A program made the position numbers and the translations under genes. Below, piece after piece: positions 1 through 8,376 of a stretch of DNA of 64,000 nucleotides. The stretch is from Candidatus Latescibacterota bacterium (GTDB lineage Bacteria; Latescibacterota; UBA2968; UBA8231): assembly GCA_965203175.1 (NCBI GenBank), contig OZ241867.1, forward strand, positions 4,450,733 through 4,514,732. The letters run 5' to 3'. Numbering within the stretch: the first letter of the stretch is position 1; each line of letters opens with the position of its first letter. Below the pieces are notes generated by a model. It was not told the origin of the DNA, did not search any database, and saw nothing but the letters and a program-made list of their open reading frames with translations.

Positions 1-5
1 CCTTT

Positions 6-434
6 ATGGTCAGCGAGGGGGAAGTGCGGGGCCTGTGCGGATTCTTGGCCGCTTACTTCAGTGCCTATAGCGAGGAGTCCATCGGCGACTTCTATGCGGA
101 GAAGGTTCAGTTAGTCGAGGAAGCCGGCGAGCGCGGGCCGGAGTACGCCGTGCAGCTTTTGCTGTGGCTGGCGCCGTTCGACATGGGGGTGAGTCAGTTC
201 ATGCAGCTCGAATTTTTGCCCACCGAAGTCAAATCCGTATATACAGTGGAGATTTACATTCAGCGGATCAGCGGTCAGGACACCTTCTGGCAGCGGGTCA
301 ACCACCGCTTTATCAATGGGTTGAGGAAAGAGTTCCTGCTATGGCACACCCTCGCCACAGAGTCCAAGGCCCACCACCGCGGAGTCGCCGAGAAGATGTT
401 GGCCGAGTCCGCAGAAGTTGAGCAGGTGGAATGA
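6..434 (+). CDS. hypothetical protein; frame is open to the window edge so it may be 5'-truncated
   Basis: 142-aa ORF with no motif I recognise. Its stop overlaps the next start (ATGA at 431-434), suggesting translational coupling. Confidence 0.45.
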   Translation: MVSEGEVRGLCGFLAAYFSAYSEESIGDFYAEKVQLVEEAGERGPEYAVQLLLWLAPFDMGVSQFMQLEFLPTEVKSVYTVEIYIQRISGQDTFWQRVNHRFINGLRKEFLLWHTLATESKAHHRGVAEKMLAESAEVEQVE

Positions 435-3400
435 TGGAAGCGTTTTTTCAAAGACTGTCTGCGTCTTTTCAGCAGCTATTTGATCGCAAACAAAAAAAGG
501 AGCGCCAGTGGGCCGAGGTCGATGAATACCGCGACTTGCTCCAAGCCCCCGACCGCTTTGAGGAGGGCTTTACAAGCCGTACCATTATCGGTGTGCTCTT
601 CATCTCGCTGATTATGACCCCGGGCGAGATGTTTCTCGGGCTGTACGCGGGTATCGATATAGGCGTGGCGGCGCAATGGGTGACGGTGATCCTCTTTTTA
701 GAGGTCTCGAAGCGATCATTTGCCGCGCTCAGGCGCCAAGAGATTTACCTGTTAGTGTACGTCGCCGGTGCCTTGATCGCCGGCGGAGAGGGCGCGTTCC
801 TCGGCTTGCTCTGGCGTCAGTACTTTGTGACCTCGGCCGAAGCCGAGCTATTCGGGATAGCGCACCGCTTGCCGTGGTGGTGGGCACCCGGACCCGATTC
901 GGAGGCCATTGCCGAGCGCACCTTTATTCATCGCGACTGGCTGGCTCCGATCCTGCTGTTGGTACTCGGGACGATCATGAGCCGCATCGCTTGGTTTACG
1001 ACCGGCTACATGCTCTTCCGGCTCGTTTCTGACCGCGAGCAATTGCCCTTTCCCACCGCGCCCATGTCGGCGTTGAGCGCTATGGCACTGGCCGAGGATT
1101 CGGGTGCCGAGCGAGAGACGTGGAAGTGGCCAGTGTTCAGCATTGGCGCGGTTATCGGTGCGTCATTCGGGGTCATCTATGTAGGGGTCCCGGTCATTAC
1201 CGCGATTTGGGGTTCCAAAGTGGAGATCTTGCCGATTCCCTTCTGGGAATTGAGTCCCTATTTCGGCAATATTATACAGGCTGCGCCACTGGGGATCTCC
1301 ACGAGTTTGGGGGCGGTATTCGCCGGGTTGTTCATGCCCTTCTGGGGGGTGATCGGCTCCTTTGCCGGGGTGATGCTACACACGGCCATCAGTCCCTTTC
1401 TCTACGCATGGGGCTATCTGCCGCGCTGGGAACTCGGCATGCACACCATCGAAACTACCATCGTCACTGGAATCGACTTTTGGCGCGCCTTTTCCATTGG
1501 CATTACCATCGCGGTCACCATCGTCAGCTTTCACCAGCTTTTTTCCACTGGCCGAGAAAGGCTGGCCGAATCGCAGGAGAAGCTCCGGCTCCAAGGGGCC
1601 GACCAGTCGGGGATGTGTAAGCACTCAGACTGCCTCCGCCCGGCCGAAGTGAGGGGGTACTGCTTAAAACACCTCGGCCGCGGCGATTTCAATATGTGGG
1701 TTTGCGCTTCGCTGTTTTGCGTAGCGGCGATCTATCCGATCGTGTTGGCCAAGACCTTGTTTCCCACCTTGGTCAGCACCGGCCTGTTGGTGCTTTTCGT
1801 GCTCATTGCCTTTGTCTGGGCGCCGATCATGTCCTTTGTCAGCGCCCGGCTCGACGGCTTGGTTGGCCGCAACATTTCGATCCCCTATGTCGAAGACGCC
1901 ATCCGCTTTATGACCGGCTTTCGCGGGGTCGAAATCTGGTTCGTGCCCTTTCCTACCCGCAACTTCGGCGGGAACGCCGAGCAGTTTAGGGTAGTAGAGC
2001 TGACCGGGATGAGGTTTACTAGCCTGCTTAAGGCCGAGCTCTTTATGTTGCCCATCGTCTTTGGGGTGAGTCTGATGTACTGGAGCTTCCTCTGGCGCTT
2101 GGGGCCCATTCCCTCGGAGAGCTACCCATACGCGCAAATCTATTGGCCGCTGGAGGCCTTTGACCGGGCGCTCGCCTACTCCGCCACGATGTACAACAAA
2201 ACGTGGCGCGCCGGAGAGGAGGTGGAAGGGGATATTGTGCCCAATGGCCAAGTCGTGTGGAGCCCACCCAATTTGGAGGACGGCCGTTGGTGGTACTGGC
2301 GGGTGAGAACTACTAGGGATTTTGAGGTGCCGGATCCGGTAAAGCGCGACTATGACTCTTGGTCGCAGACAGGCTACTTCTACACGGACTTCAGCGGCGG
2401 GGACGCACCATCGCCGCCGGAGGCCGCCCAGAGGATCGACGCCGAGGCGGATACTCCGTCGGATGGCCCCCAGCTACTTTGGCCTCCCAACGGCATGGCC
2501 ATTGCCACGCCGAACCCCAACTTCCAAGCTGCGATCAATTTAGCTCCGGGCGATTCGGTTGATTTCTACTTTGAAATAGATCGCCTGCCCAGCTTTGACG
2601 GCGAGGCTTTGCAACGATCCTCGGACGTGCCCTTGCTCTTTGCGGTTCTGTGGCAGGATATGCGCTTTACCGGCAACCGCAAGGACGACGACGGCGACCT
2701 CAATATCGCGGCTCTCGTCGAGGGTGTGGAGCCGGAGGGGTTAGGAGGTCAGCTTGGACTGGCCGACGGCGACCGCCTCCGTGCGATAAACGGCGTCGAA
2801 CTTCGCGTCCCGCAATGGGATACTGAGCGGATTGATCGGTATTTTACCCAGGGAGCGGACTCGGTGTTTGCCGCTTGGGAACGGGATGAGAAAACCATGC
2901 GTCGAGCCGTGGTGCGCCGGCCGGGGGAAGCACTGGGACTTGAGTTTGCGGCGGACACGTCATTCGTCGAGAGTTGGACCGAATACGACGCAGTGCGCGT
3001 CGCCACCGTAGCCGAAACCGGGCTAGGCCACCGCTTGGGCTTGCAAGCCGGCGACGACCTTATGACGATCAACGGCCAAAGCATTGAGCAGGATACGTGG
3101 CGCAGCGAGGAGGTAAGGGCCGCCTTTGCTGCGGTTGTGGAGGAGACCGCGACTACGGTGCTAGTCGAGTGGGAGCGGGATGGAGACCGGCTTCAAGGTT
3201 TGGTGGCCGATGCGTCGTCTCTCCCCCTAGGCTTGACCTATCGGGAGGGGGCCATCGAGGGCATTGACGAAGAGCTGGTCAACAACCGCGACGACGATGG
3301 CGACGGCCTGATCGACGAGGATACGCACCATCCCCTCGGCGGTAGGAAGTGGCCCATCATCATCGGCGCAGCTAGCTTCGGCTTGGCGGCGTACTTTACT

Positions 3401-3658
3401 TTGGCCTTTTTGGGAATGCCGATCTTTATGATCTGGGGATACGTCCAAAGCGTCAACGGCATTCCGCATTTTCTCATTCCACAAGTCATTGGTGCCTTGC
3501 TGGCTCGGCACTACTTCTGGAAGCGGTACGGCAAGCAACAATGGCGGCAATACGCCATGGTCTTGAGCGTGGGGTTTGGGGTTGGCATGGCCTTGGTCGG
3601 CATGTTCAGCGCGGCTTTGTCGATTATCAACAAGGCCGTTTCTTCCCTCGCCTATTGA
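431..3658 (+). CDS. 1075-aa polytopic membrane protein, OPT-transporter-like core with a ~430-aa soluble insert carrying two PDZ-like domains
   Basis: Many TM stretches at both ends. PDZ-like GLGGQLGLADGDRLRAINGVEL and GLGHRLGLQAGDDLMTINGQSI. Asp-rich DDDGDLN and DDDGDGLIDEDT. Cys/His knuckle CKHSDC..CLKH. The OPT assignment is tentative. Confidence 0.8.
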   Translation: MMEAFFQRLSASFQQLFDRKQKKERQWAEVDEYRDLLQAPDRFEEGFTSRTIIGVLFISLIMTPGEMFLGLYAGIDIGVAAQWVTVILFLEVSKRSFAALRRQEIYLLVYVAGALIAGGEGAFLGLLWRQYFVTSAEAELFGIAHRLPWWWAPGPDSEAIAERTFIHRDWLAPILLLVLGTIMSRIAWFTTGYMLFRLVSDREQLPFPTAPMSALSAMALAEDSGAERETWKWPVFSIGAVIGASFGVIYVGVPVITAIWGSKVEILPIPFWELSPYFGNIIQAAPLGISTSLGAVFAGLFMPFWGVIGSFAGVMLHTAISPFLYAWGYLPRWELGMHTIETTIVTGIDFWRAFSIGITIAVTIVSFHQLFSTGRERLAESQEKLRLQGADQSGMCKHSDCLRPAEVRGYCLKHLGRGDFNMWVCASLFCVAAIYPIVLAKTLFPTLVSTGLLVLFVLIAFVWAPIMSFVSARLDGLVGRNISIPYVEDAIRFMTGFRGVEIWFVPFPTRNFGGNAEQFRVVELTGMRFTSLLKAELFMLPIVFGVSLMYWSFLWRLGPIPSESYPYAQIYWPLEAFDRALAYSATMYNKTWRAGEEVEGDIVPNGQVVWSPPNLEDGRWWYWRVRTTRDFEVPDPVKRDYDSWSQTGYFYTDFSGGDAPSPPEAAQRIDAEADTPSDGPQLLWPPNGMAIATPNPNFQAAINLAPGDSVDFYFEIDRLPSFDGEALQRSSDVPLLFAVLWQDMRFTGNRKDDDGDLNIAALVEGVEPEGLGGQLGLADGDRLRAINGVELRVPQWDTERIDRYFTQGADSVFAAWERDEKTMRRAVVRRPGEALGLEFAADTSFVESWTEYDAVRVATVAETGLGHRLGLQAGDDLMTINGQSIEQDTWRSEEVRAAFAAVVEETATTVLVEWERDGDRLQGLVADASSLPLGLTYREGAIEGIDEELVNNRDDDGDGLIDEDTHHPLGGRKWPIIIGAASFGLAAYFTLAFLGMPIFMIWGYVQSVNGIPHFLIPQVIGALLARHYFWKRYGKQQWRQYAMVLSVGFGVGMALVGMFSAALSIINKAVSSLAY

Positions 3659-3700
3659 GGGGGTGGACAAGGTCCATTAACCCTTGTATCTTCGCCATTT

Positions 3701-4030
3701 ATGGACTTACTCGGGCGCATATTCCGCGTCGTGAGGGCGCACACTACGGCCAGCGAGCCGCGCGATGCCTACGGGCATTGGCAGCCTCCGCCTCCGCCGC
3801 CCGCACTGGCCGAAGACCCGGTACTCGCTGGGTATTACGCCAATCTGGAACTTCCCTATGGGGCGACTCTGGAGGAAGTGAAGGCGGCGTGGAAGCGGTT
3901 GATGAAGCAGTACCACCCCGACCGCCACGCCCAGGATCCGGCCAAGCGCGAGGTCGCCAACGCGCTCTGCGCCCAATTGACGCATGCCTATAAAGAGCTG
4001 GAAAGTGCGATCTTAAAGTCGCATAAGTGA
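3701..4030 (+). CDS. J-domain (DnaJ-like) protein, 109 aa
   Basis: C-terminal J-domain pattern with HPD motif (LEEVKAAWKRLMKQYHPDRH...THAYKELE). Confidence 0.8.
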   Translation: MDLLGRIFRVVRAHTTASEPRDAYGHWQPPPPPPALAEDPVLAGYYANLELPYGATLEEVKAAWKRLMKQYHPDRHAQDPAKREVANALCAQLTHAYKELESAILKSHK

Positions 4031-4063
4031 GTGAGTGCGGCGGGCCAGTATAGACACTCTGTG

Positions 4064-4092
4064 GCCGGGCGAGTAATCGCAGCCCGGTTTTT
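4064..4092 (+). terminator. rho-independent terminator candidate after the J-domain gene
   Basis: CCGGGC(4065-4070)/GCCCGG(4082-4087) stem followed by TTTTT. Confidence 0.55.
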
Positions 4093-5439
4093 GTGGTTGT
4101 CCCGTGATTCGCCTTGGAACCACCAGAGCGAATCGCTCCAGTTAGGGAGAATCTATCTATACTGGCCCCACCAATTAGGGGGCACCGAGCCTTGGAATGA
4201 CACAATATATTTCTGCCTTGCAGGCTAGAGTTCCAATCTCCGGCTAACCCGGCGTGGGGTCGAAACCCGTGGCGTCATGGCCGTTAGGCCACACGAGGCG
4301 ATCCACCTCAATCAGACCCAGCAGGCGCTACCCTGCCATGTCTGGTGCCTTATATCGTGCCGACTCGATGTCCCTAATTAAATATTACGATATGATGACT
4401 ACATATCTAATACTACGTATTCCCGACCAGTGTGCAAGTCGGTCACCAGCCCCACGTGCGTTCGGAGTAATCCAAGGGTGCGAAGCTGGGGCGAAAAGCC
4501 TAATGACGCGGCGAGCCATCCGCCAACTCTGGGCAAGGTGAAAACAGGCAGGGAGAACTAACGTGAATCTACTCAGGCGTCGTAAGATTTGACTGCCGAA
4601 ACCGAAGGCTGATACGGTAGAAGGGCCACACATGAACCCGGTTACTTTACAGATCGGCTTGGGAAACCACCATGACCCAAGGCACACCATAGGCCCCGGC
4701 GTATAGTAGGCTCCCGCCCCTGTTGTATCTCATTTATGCGGAAAAGACTAACCCCGATGAGGTCTGAAATGGGAAGGCGGTGTGCTGCCGCCCTCTCCAA
4801 TATCAGTAATCCAATCGCAAGAGCGGGCTAATTCCTCAGCGGGAAAAGGATGTGGTAAGAAGCGAAGGCCAGCCGCCGAAAGGCAAGAGGAAAAGACGAC
4901 TTGTGAAAACCCAAGAGGGAGGGGGACATGAAGATACGCTATCTTCATGTCCCCCTATCCAAAGCACAAAGAGCTACGATCAAGGATCAATCTGCTCAGA
5001 ATCGCCTTGCAGTCCATGCCTAACCATGACATCGCGCAACATAATTGCGCCGTCACGGATTAGATCACGGATTTCGGGTAAATTCCTGCCGATAGTCCGC
5101 CCAAGGCACCAACCAAGGGCAGCCCCACCAAAATCAAGAAGTCCAATGCTTGCGCTTCCACCGCAAGCATCAAAACTTCTGCGGCTATGATCGTACTTAA
5201 AACGGAAAAATCTTCCAACTGCCATTGGAAGCCATCCTTTCCAGAGCTGCCGACTTACCCACAGGAATGGGATACCATCAAAATAAACAACAATTTTGAT
5301 GGACACAAGGAATACTTGAACGTCTATAACTCGCTGGATATGCACAAATGTGCAGCACGAAAGTGAGCTGACGTGCCACAGGTTTGTCGTCCGTAGCTGC
5401 TGCAATAGAACTCTAATCGAAAGGAGATGCGGAGAGTCT

Positions 5440-7110
5440 ATGACGAGCAGACCTAAGAGATGGCGAGATTGGCGCGACATCGACTGGTGTCAAACCATGA
5501 AAGCCGTCCGAGAACTAAGGCAGCAAATCTACAGGGCTTCACAGAAAAGAGACTACAAGAAATTGCGGTCTCTGCAACGCCTGATGTTGAAAAGCCGAGC
5601 CAATGCTGAACTCAGTGTTCGGCAGGTGACTCAGATCAACACCGGGCGGAAAACTCCAGGGGTGGATGGACGGGTGGCACTAACGCCGGATGAGCGCACC
5701 GAGTTAATCAAGGACTTGCTCCAAGACCAAACTTGGAAACCTCAACCGGCCAAACGTGTGCATATCCCGAAGGCCAATGGCCAACAACGACCCTTGGGCA
5801 TCCCGACCATAGCCGACCGATGCAGGCAGGCAATGGTCAAAAATGCCCTTGAACCCGAATGGGAAGCCCGGTTTGAGCCATGTTCCTATGGTTTCAGACC
5901 GGGCAGGTCTTGCCACGACGCTATAGGCCGCATATTCCGTCTCGCACTACCTCAGAGCAAAAAGCACTGGGTAGTTGATGCGGATATAAAGGGAGCCTTT
6001 GACAATATCGACCACGACTCATTGCTTGAAGCCCTGTACGGCTTCCCTGTTAAAGACATGGTGAGGCAATGGCTCGAAGCCGGTATTTTGGACAAAGGAG
6101 TATTTGCTGAGACGGATAAGGGCACACCGCAAGGTGGTGTCCTAAGTCCGCTACTCGCAAACATAGCTCTAACCGGGATGGAAAAGGCCATAGGGGTCAA
6201 GTATCACAAGAACAAGACTCACATGACCATCAGGAGCAAGCGGGCCTTAGTGCGCTATGCTGATGACTTTGTCATCTTCGCAGAAACGCAAAAGGATGCC
6301 CGTGCAGCCCGAAATGAAATAGCTAACTGGTTGAAGGGGATAGGCTTGGAACTCTCGAAAGAGAAAACCAGAATCCGCCATGTTCAGAAAGGCTTTGACT
6401 TCTTGGGCTTCAATATTCGCCTGTATCGAGTAGAAGGCGAAAACTCTACACAGGAGAAGCTCCTGATTAAACCGAGCAGAAAATCGGTTGATGCCTTCAA
6501 AGAGCGGCTACGGATAGAATGGTCAAATCTCAAAGGCCACAACATCCACACCGTAATAAAAAGGCTCAATCCGATACTGCGAGGATGGGGCAATTATTTC
6601 CGCATGGTTGTCAGCAATGACACCTTTCAGGAAATGGACAATTTCATGTATCATCGAGAAATGCGCTACATGAAATTCACCCACCCCAATAAATCTTGGA
6701 AATGGAGACAGCGGCATTACTTCGGTCAACTGAAACACGATAGAGCCGATACGTATGTGTTTGGCGATCCCAAAACCAAACACCATCTAATTAAACTCAA
6801 TTGGATGCCCATACAGCGGCATATCCTGATTCAGCACGGAGCATCGCCGGATAATCCAGAGCTAAGCAAATACTGGCAGAAGCGTGAATTGAGAAAGGTT
6901 GAACTCCTGCCAACAAACAGACACAAGCGGATTGCTCGGAGGCAAAAGGGCAACTGCGAGGTCTGTAAAGATACCCTGTTCAGTGGAGAACAATTGCATC
7001 TTCACCACAGGATACCTAAGATTGAAGGTGGGACAGACGCTCTAAGCAATCTCGCGCTACTGCACATTACGTGCCATCAGCAAATCCACAAAAGGAGGCT
7101 GAAGAAGTAG
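5440..7110 (+). CDS. group II intron reverse transcriptase / maturase with C-terminal HNH endonuclease
   Basis: RT motifs RPLGIPTIADR, GVLSPLLANI, YADDFVIF. HNH is CEVC...HLHHRIP...CHQQIH. GGAG-rich stretch within 20 nt of ATG 5440. The 30 aa upstream in the track ORF (5350) look non-coding. Confidence 0.93.
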   Translation: MTSRPKRWRDWRDIDWCQTMKAVRELRQQIYRASQKRDYKKLRSLQRLMLKSRANAELSVRQVTQINTGRKTPGVDGRVALTPDERTELIKDLLQDQTWKPQPAKRVHIPKANGQQRPLGIPTIADRCRQAMVKNALEPEWEARFEPCSYGFRPGRSCHDAIGRIFRLALPQSKKHWVVDADIKGAFDNIDHDSLLEALYGFPVKDMVRQWLEAGILDKGVFAETDKGTPQGGVLSPLLANIALTGMEKAIGVKYHKNKTHMTIRSKRALVRYADDFVIFAETQKDARAARNEIANWLKGIGLELSKEKTRIRHVQKGFDFLGFNIRLYRVEGENSTQEKLLIKPSRKSVDAFKERLRIEWSNLKGHNIHTVIKRLNPILRGWGNYFRMVVSNDTFQEMDNFMYHREMRYMKFTHPNKSWKWRQRHYFGQLKHDRADTYVFGDPKTKHHLIKLNWMPIQRHILIQHGASPDNPELSKYWQKRELRKVELLPTNRHKRIARRQKGNCEVCKDTLFSGEQLHLHHRIPKIEGGTDALSNLALLHITCHQQIHKRRLKK

Positions 7111-7122
7111 CGCGACATGCTT

Positions 7123-7157
7123 GAGCCGTGTGCGGTGATAAGTCGCACGCACGGTTC
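7123..7157 (+). ncRNA. group II intron catalytic domain V
   Basis: GAGCCGTGTGCGGTGATAAGTCGCACGCACGGTTC closely matches the canonical domain V hairpin (AGC triad, bulge, ...ACGGUUC). Confidence 0.9.
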
Positions 7158-7238
7158 TTAGGGGGCTGGGGGCCAGCGATGGTCTCCGGCTACCCGACAG
7201 TCTCTGACGACCCATTAAACTAGCATCGGAGGAAGCTT

Positions 7239-7631
7239 ATGGCTGATTTTGCCACAGTAAAGGAGTACGTCCTCGAGTTGGGCCTTGCCATTGCCGAGGA
7301 GATTCCCGCCGAGGAAATCATCATTGTCAACGACGAAGAGCGAGGGGTACAAAACCTAGTTATTGATTGCGAGGATACGGTGTTGGTGATCGAGCAACTT
7401 ATCCTCCAGGTCGCCGCTGGGGCTGCCGGGACGTATCAGCGGATTTTGCAGATGAACCGCGACTTGGTCTTTGGTGCCTTCGTCCTCAACGAAGAAGGCG
7501 ATTCGCTGCTCTATCGCAATACGCTGGCGCTGGAGAATTTGGACTTAAACGAACTGGAAAGCACAATCAACTCCCTCAGCCTGGGCTTGGCCGAGCACGG
7601 GGAGGAATTACTGGGGTTTGCCGCCAAATAG
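7239..7631 (+). CDS. YjfI-like (DUF2170, YbjN/chaperone-fold) protein, PspA partner
   Basis: 130-aa acidic protein immediately upstream of the PspA homolog, same order as E. coli yjfI-yjfJ. GGAGG RBS before the ATG. Confidence 0.65.
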   Translation: MADFATVKEYVLELGLAIAEEIPAEEIIIVNDEERGVQNLVIDCEDTVLVIEQLILQVAAGAAGTYQRILQMNRDLVFGAFVLNEEGDSLLYRNTLALENLDLNELESTINSLSLGLAEHGEELLGFAAK

Positions 7632-7642
7632 GAGGACAGGAC

Positions 7643-8353
7643 ATGGCAGGTATATTTCAACGCTTGTTTAAGACGGGGCAGGCCGAGGCCCACGCCATTG
7701 TGGATAAGCTCGAAGACCCGATCAAGATGAGCGAGCAAGCGATCCGCGACTTAAAAAAGGACTTGCAGGAAAGTCTCAAGGCTCTGGCCGAGGTCAAGGC
7801 GATTTCCATCCGGCTCAGCCGCGAGTCCGAAGACCACCGCCGCCGCGCCGAAGACTACGAGCGCAAGGCCATGCTGCTGTTGCAAAAGGCCGAATCTGGC
7901 CAGATGGAGGAGGCTGAGGCCGACCGCTTGGCGCGCGAATCCTTGACCCGCGTCGAAGAGGCCCAAAGTCGGCACTCAGAAGCCTCCCAACAGGCCCAAG
8001 CCCAACAGGCGATGGCCGACAAGCTGCAGAGCAATGTCAACGATCTGAAGTCGAAAATCGCCTCGTACGAAAACGATCTGGTAACCCTCAAGGCGCGCAC
8101 CAAAACCGCCAACGCCACCCGCAAAATCAACCAGCACTTGGCCAACATCGACTCCAAGGGTACCACGGCCCTGCTCGAACGGATGAAGGAAAAGACCGAA
8201 GAGCAGGAAGCCCTCGCCGAAGCCTATGGCGATATGGGAGACGCGGCGACGAGCGTTGACGACGAGATCAACAAGGCCCTCGCCGACAGCAAGGGAGCCA
8301 AGGTCGATGATTCCCTGGCCCAACTCAAGGCCAGAATGAAGACGGCGAAATAA
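7643..8353 (+). CDS. pspA: PspA/IM30 (Vipp1/YjfJ) family membrane-stress protein
   Basis: MAGIFQRLFK... N-terminus and a long coiled coil typical of PspA/IM30. GGAGGA RBS at 7631-7636. The track ORF start at 7367 is rejected. Confidence 0.9.
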   Translation: MAGIFQRLFKTGQAEAHAIVDKLEDPIKMSEQAIRDLKKDLQESLKALAEVKAISIRLSRESEDHRRRAEDYERKAMLLLQKAESGQMEEAEADRLARESLTRVEEAQSRHSEASQQAQAQQAMADKLQSNVNDLKSKIASYENDLVTLKARTKTANATRKINQHLANIDSKGTTALLERMKEKTEEQEALAEAYGDMGDAATSVDDEINKALADSKGAKVDDSLAQLKARMKTAK

Positions 8354-8376
8354 GGGCTGCCGCTCACGCCCATGGG

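Larger units (their letters stand above)
4456..7198 (+). mobile_element. group II intron (IIB-like, RT-maturase-HNH ORF in domain IV); 5' end at GTGCG 4456 or alternatively 4478
   Basis: GTGCG at 4456 and 4478. Domain I motif GCTGATACGG at 4608-4617 with LtrB-like context. RT ORF present. Domain V at 7123-7157. Domain VI helix 7161-7195 with bulged A7192, ending ...CUACCCGAC at 7198. Confidence 0.9.

Noticed and set aside
4093-4455. Searched for a sigma54 -24/-12 promoter (TGGCAC-N5-TTGC), as PspF-dependent psp operons have one.
   Set aside because: The candidate GG...GC pairs (e.g. CTGGTGCCTTATATCGTGCC) are off by one in spacing or lack the GC. There is no convincing match.
4980-5060. RDVMVRH in the intron-antisense ORF looked like a HEPN Rx4-6H motif.
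   Set aside because: The motif is 10 aa from the C-terminus and the surrounding sequence and length do not fit DUF86/HEPN proteins.
5350-5439. Upstream extension of the RT ORF (track start 5350). Similar 5' extensions occur at 7367 (pspA), 9890 (speE-like), 11385 (DUF4178), 15484 (OMP) and 24261 (dctM).
   Set aside because: The extensions are Arg/Cys/Pro-rich, overlap upstream genes or structured RNA, and internal starts have RBS or overlap logic and match the family N-termini.
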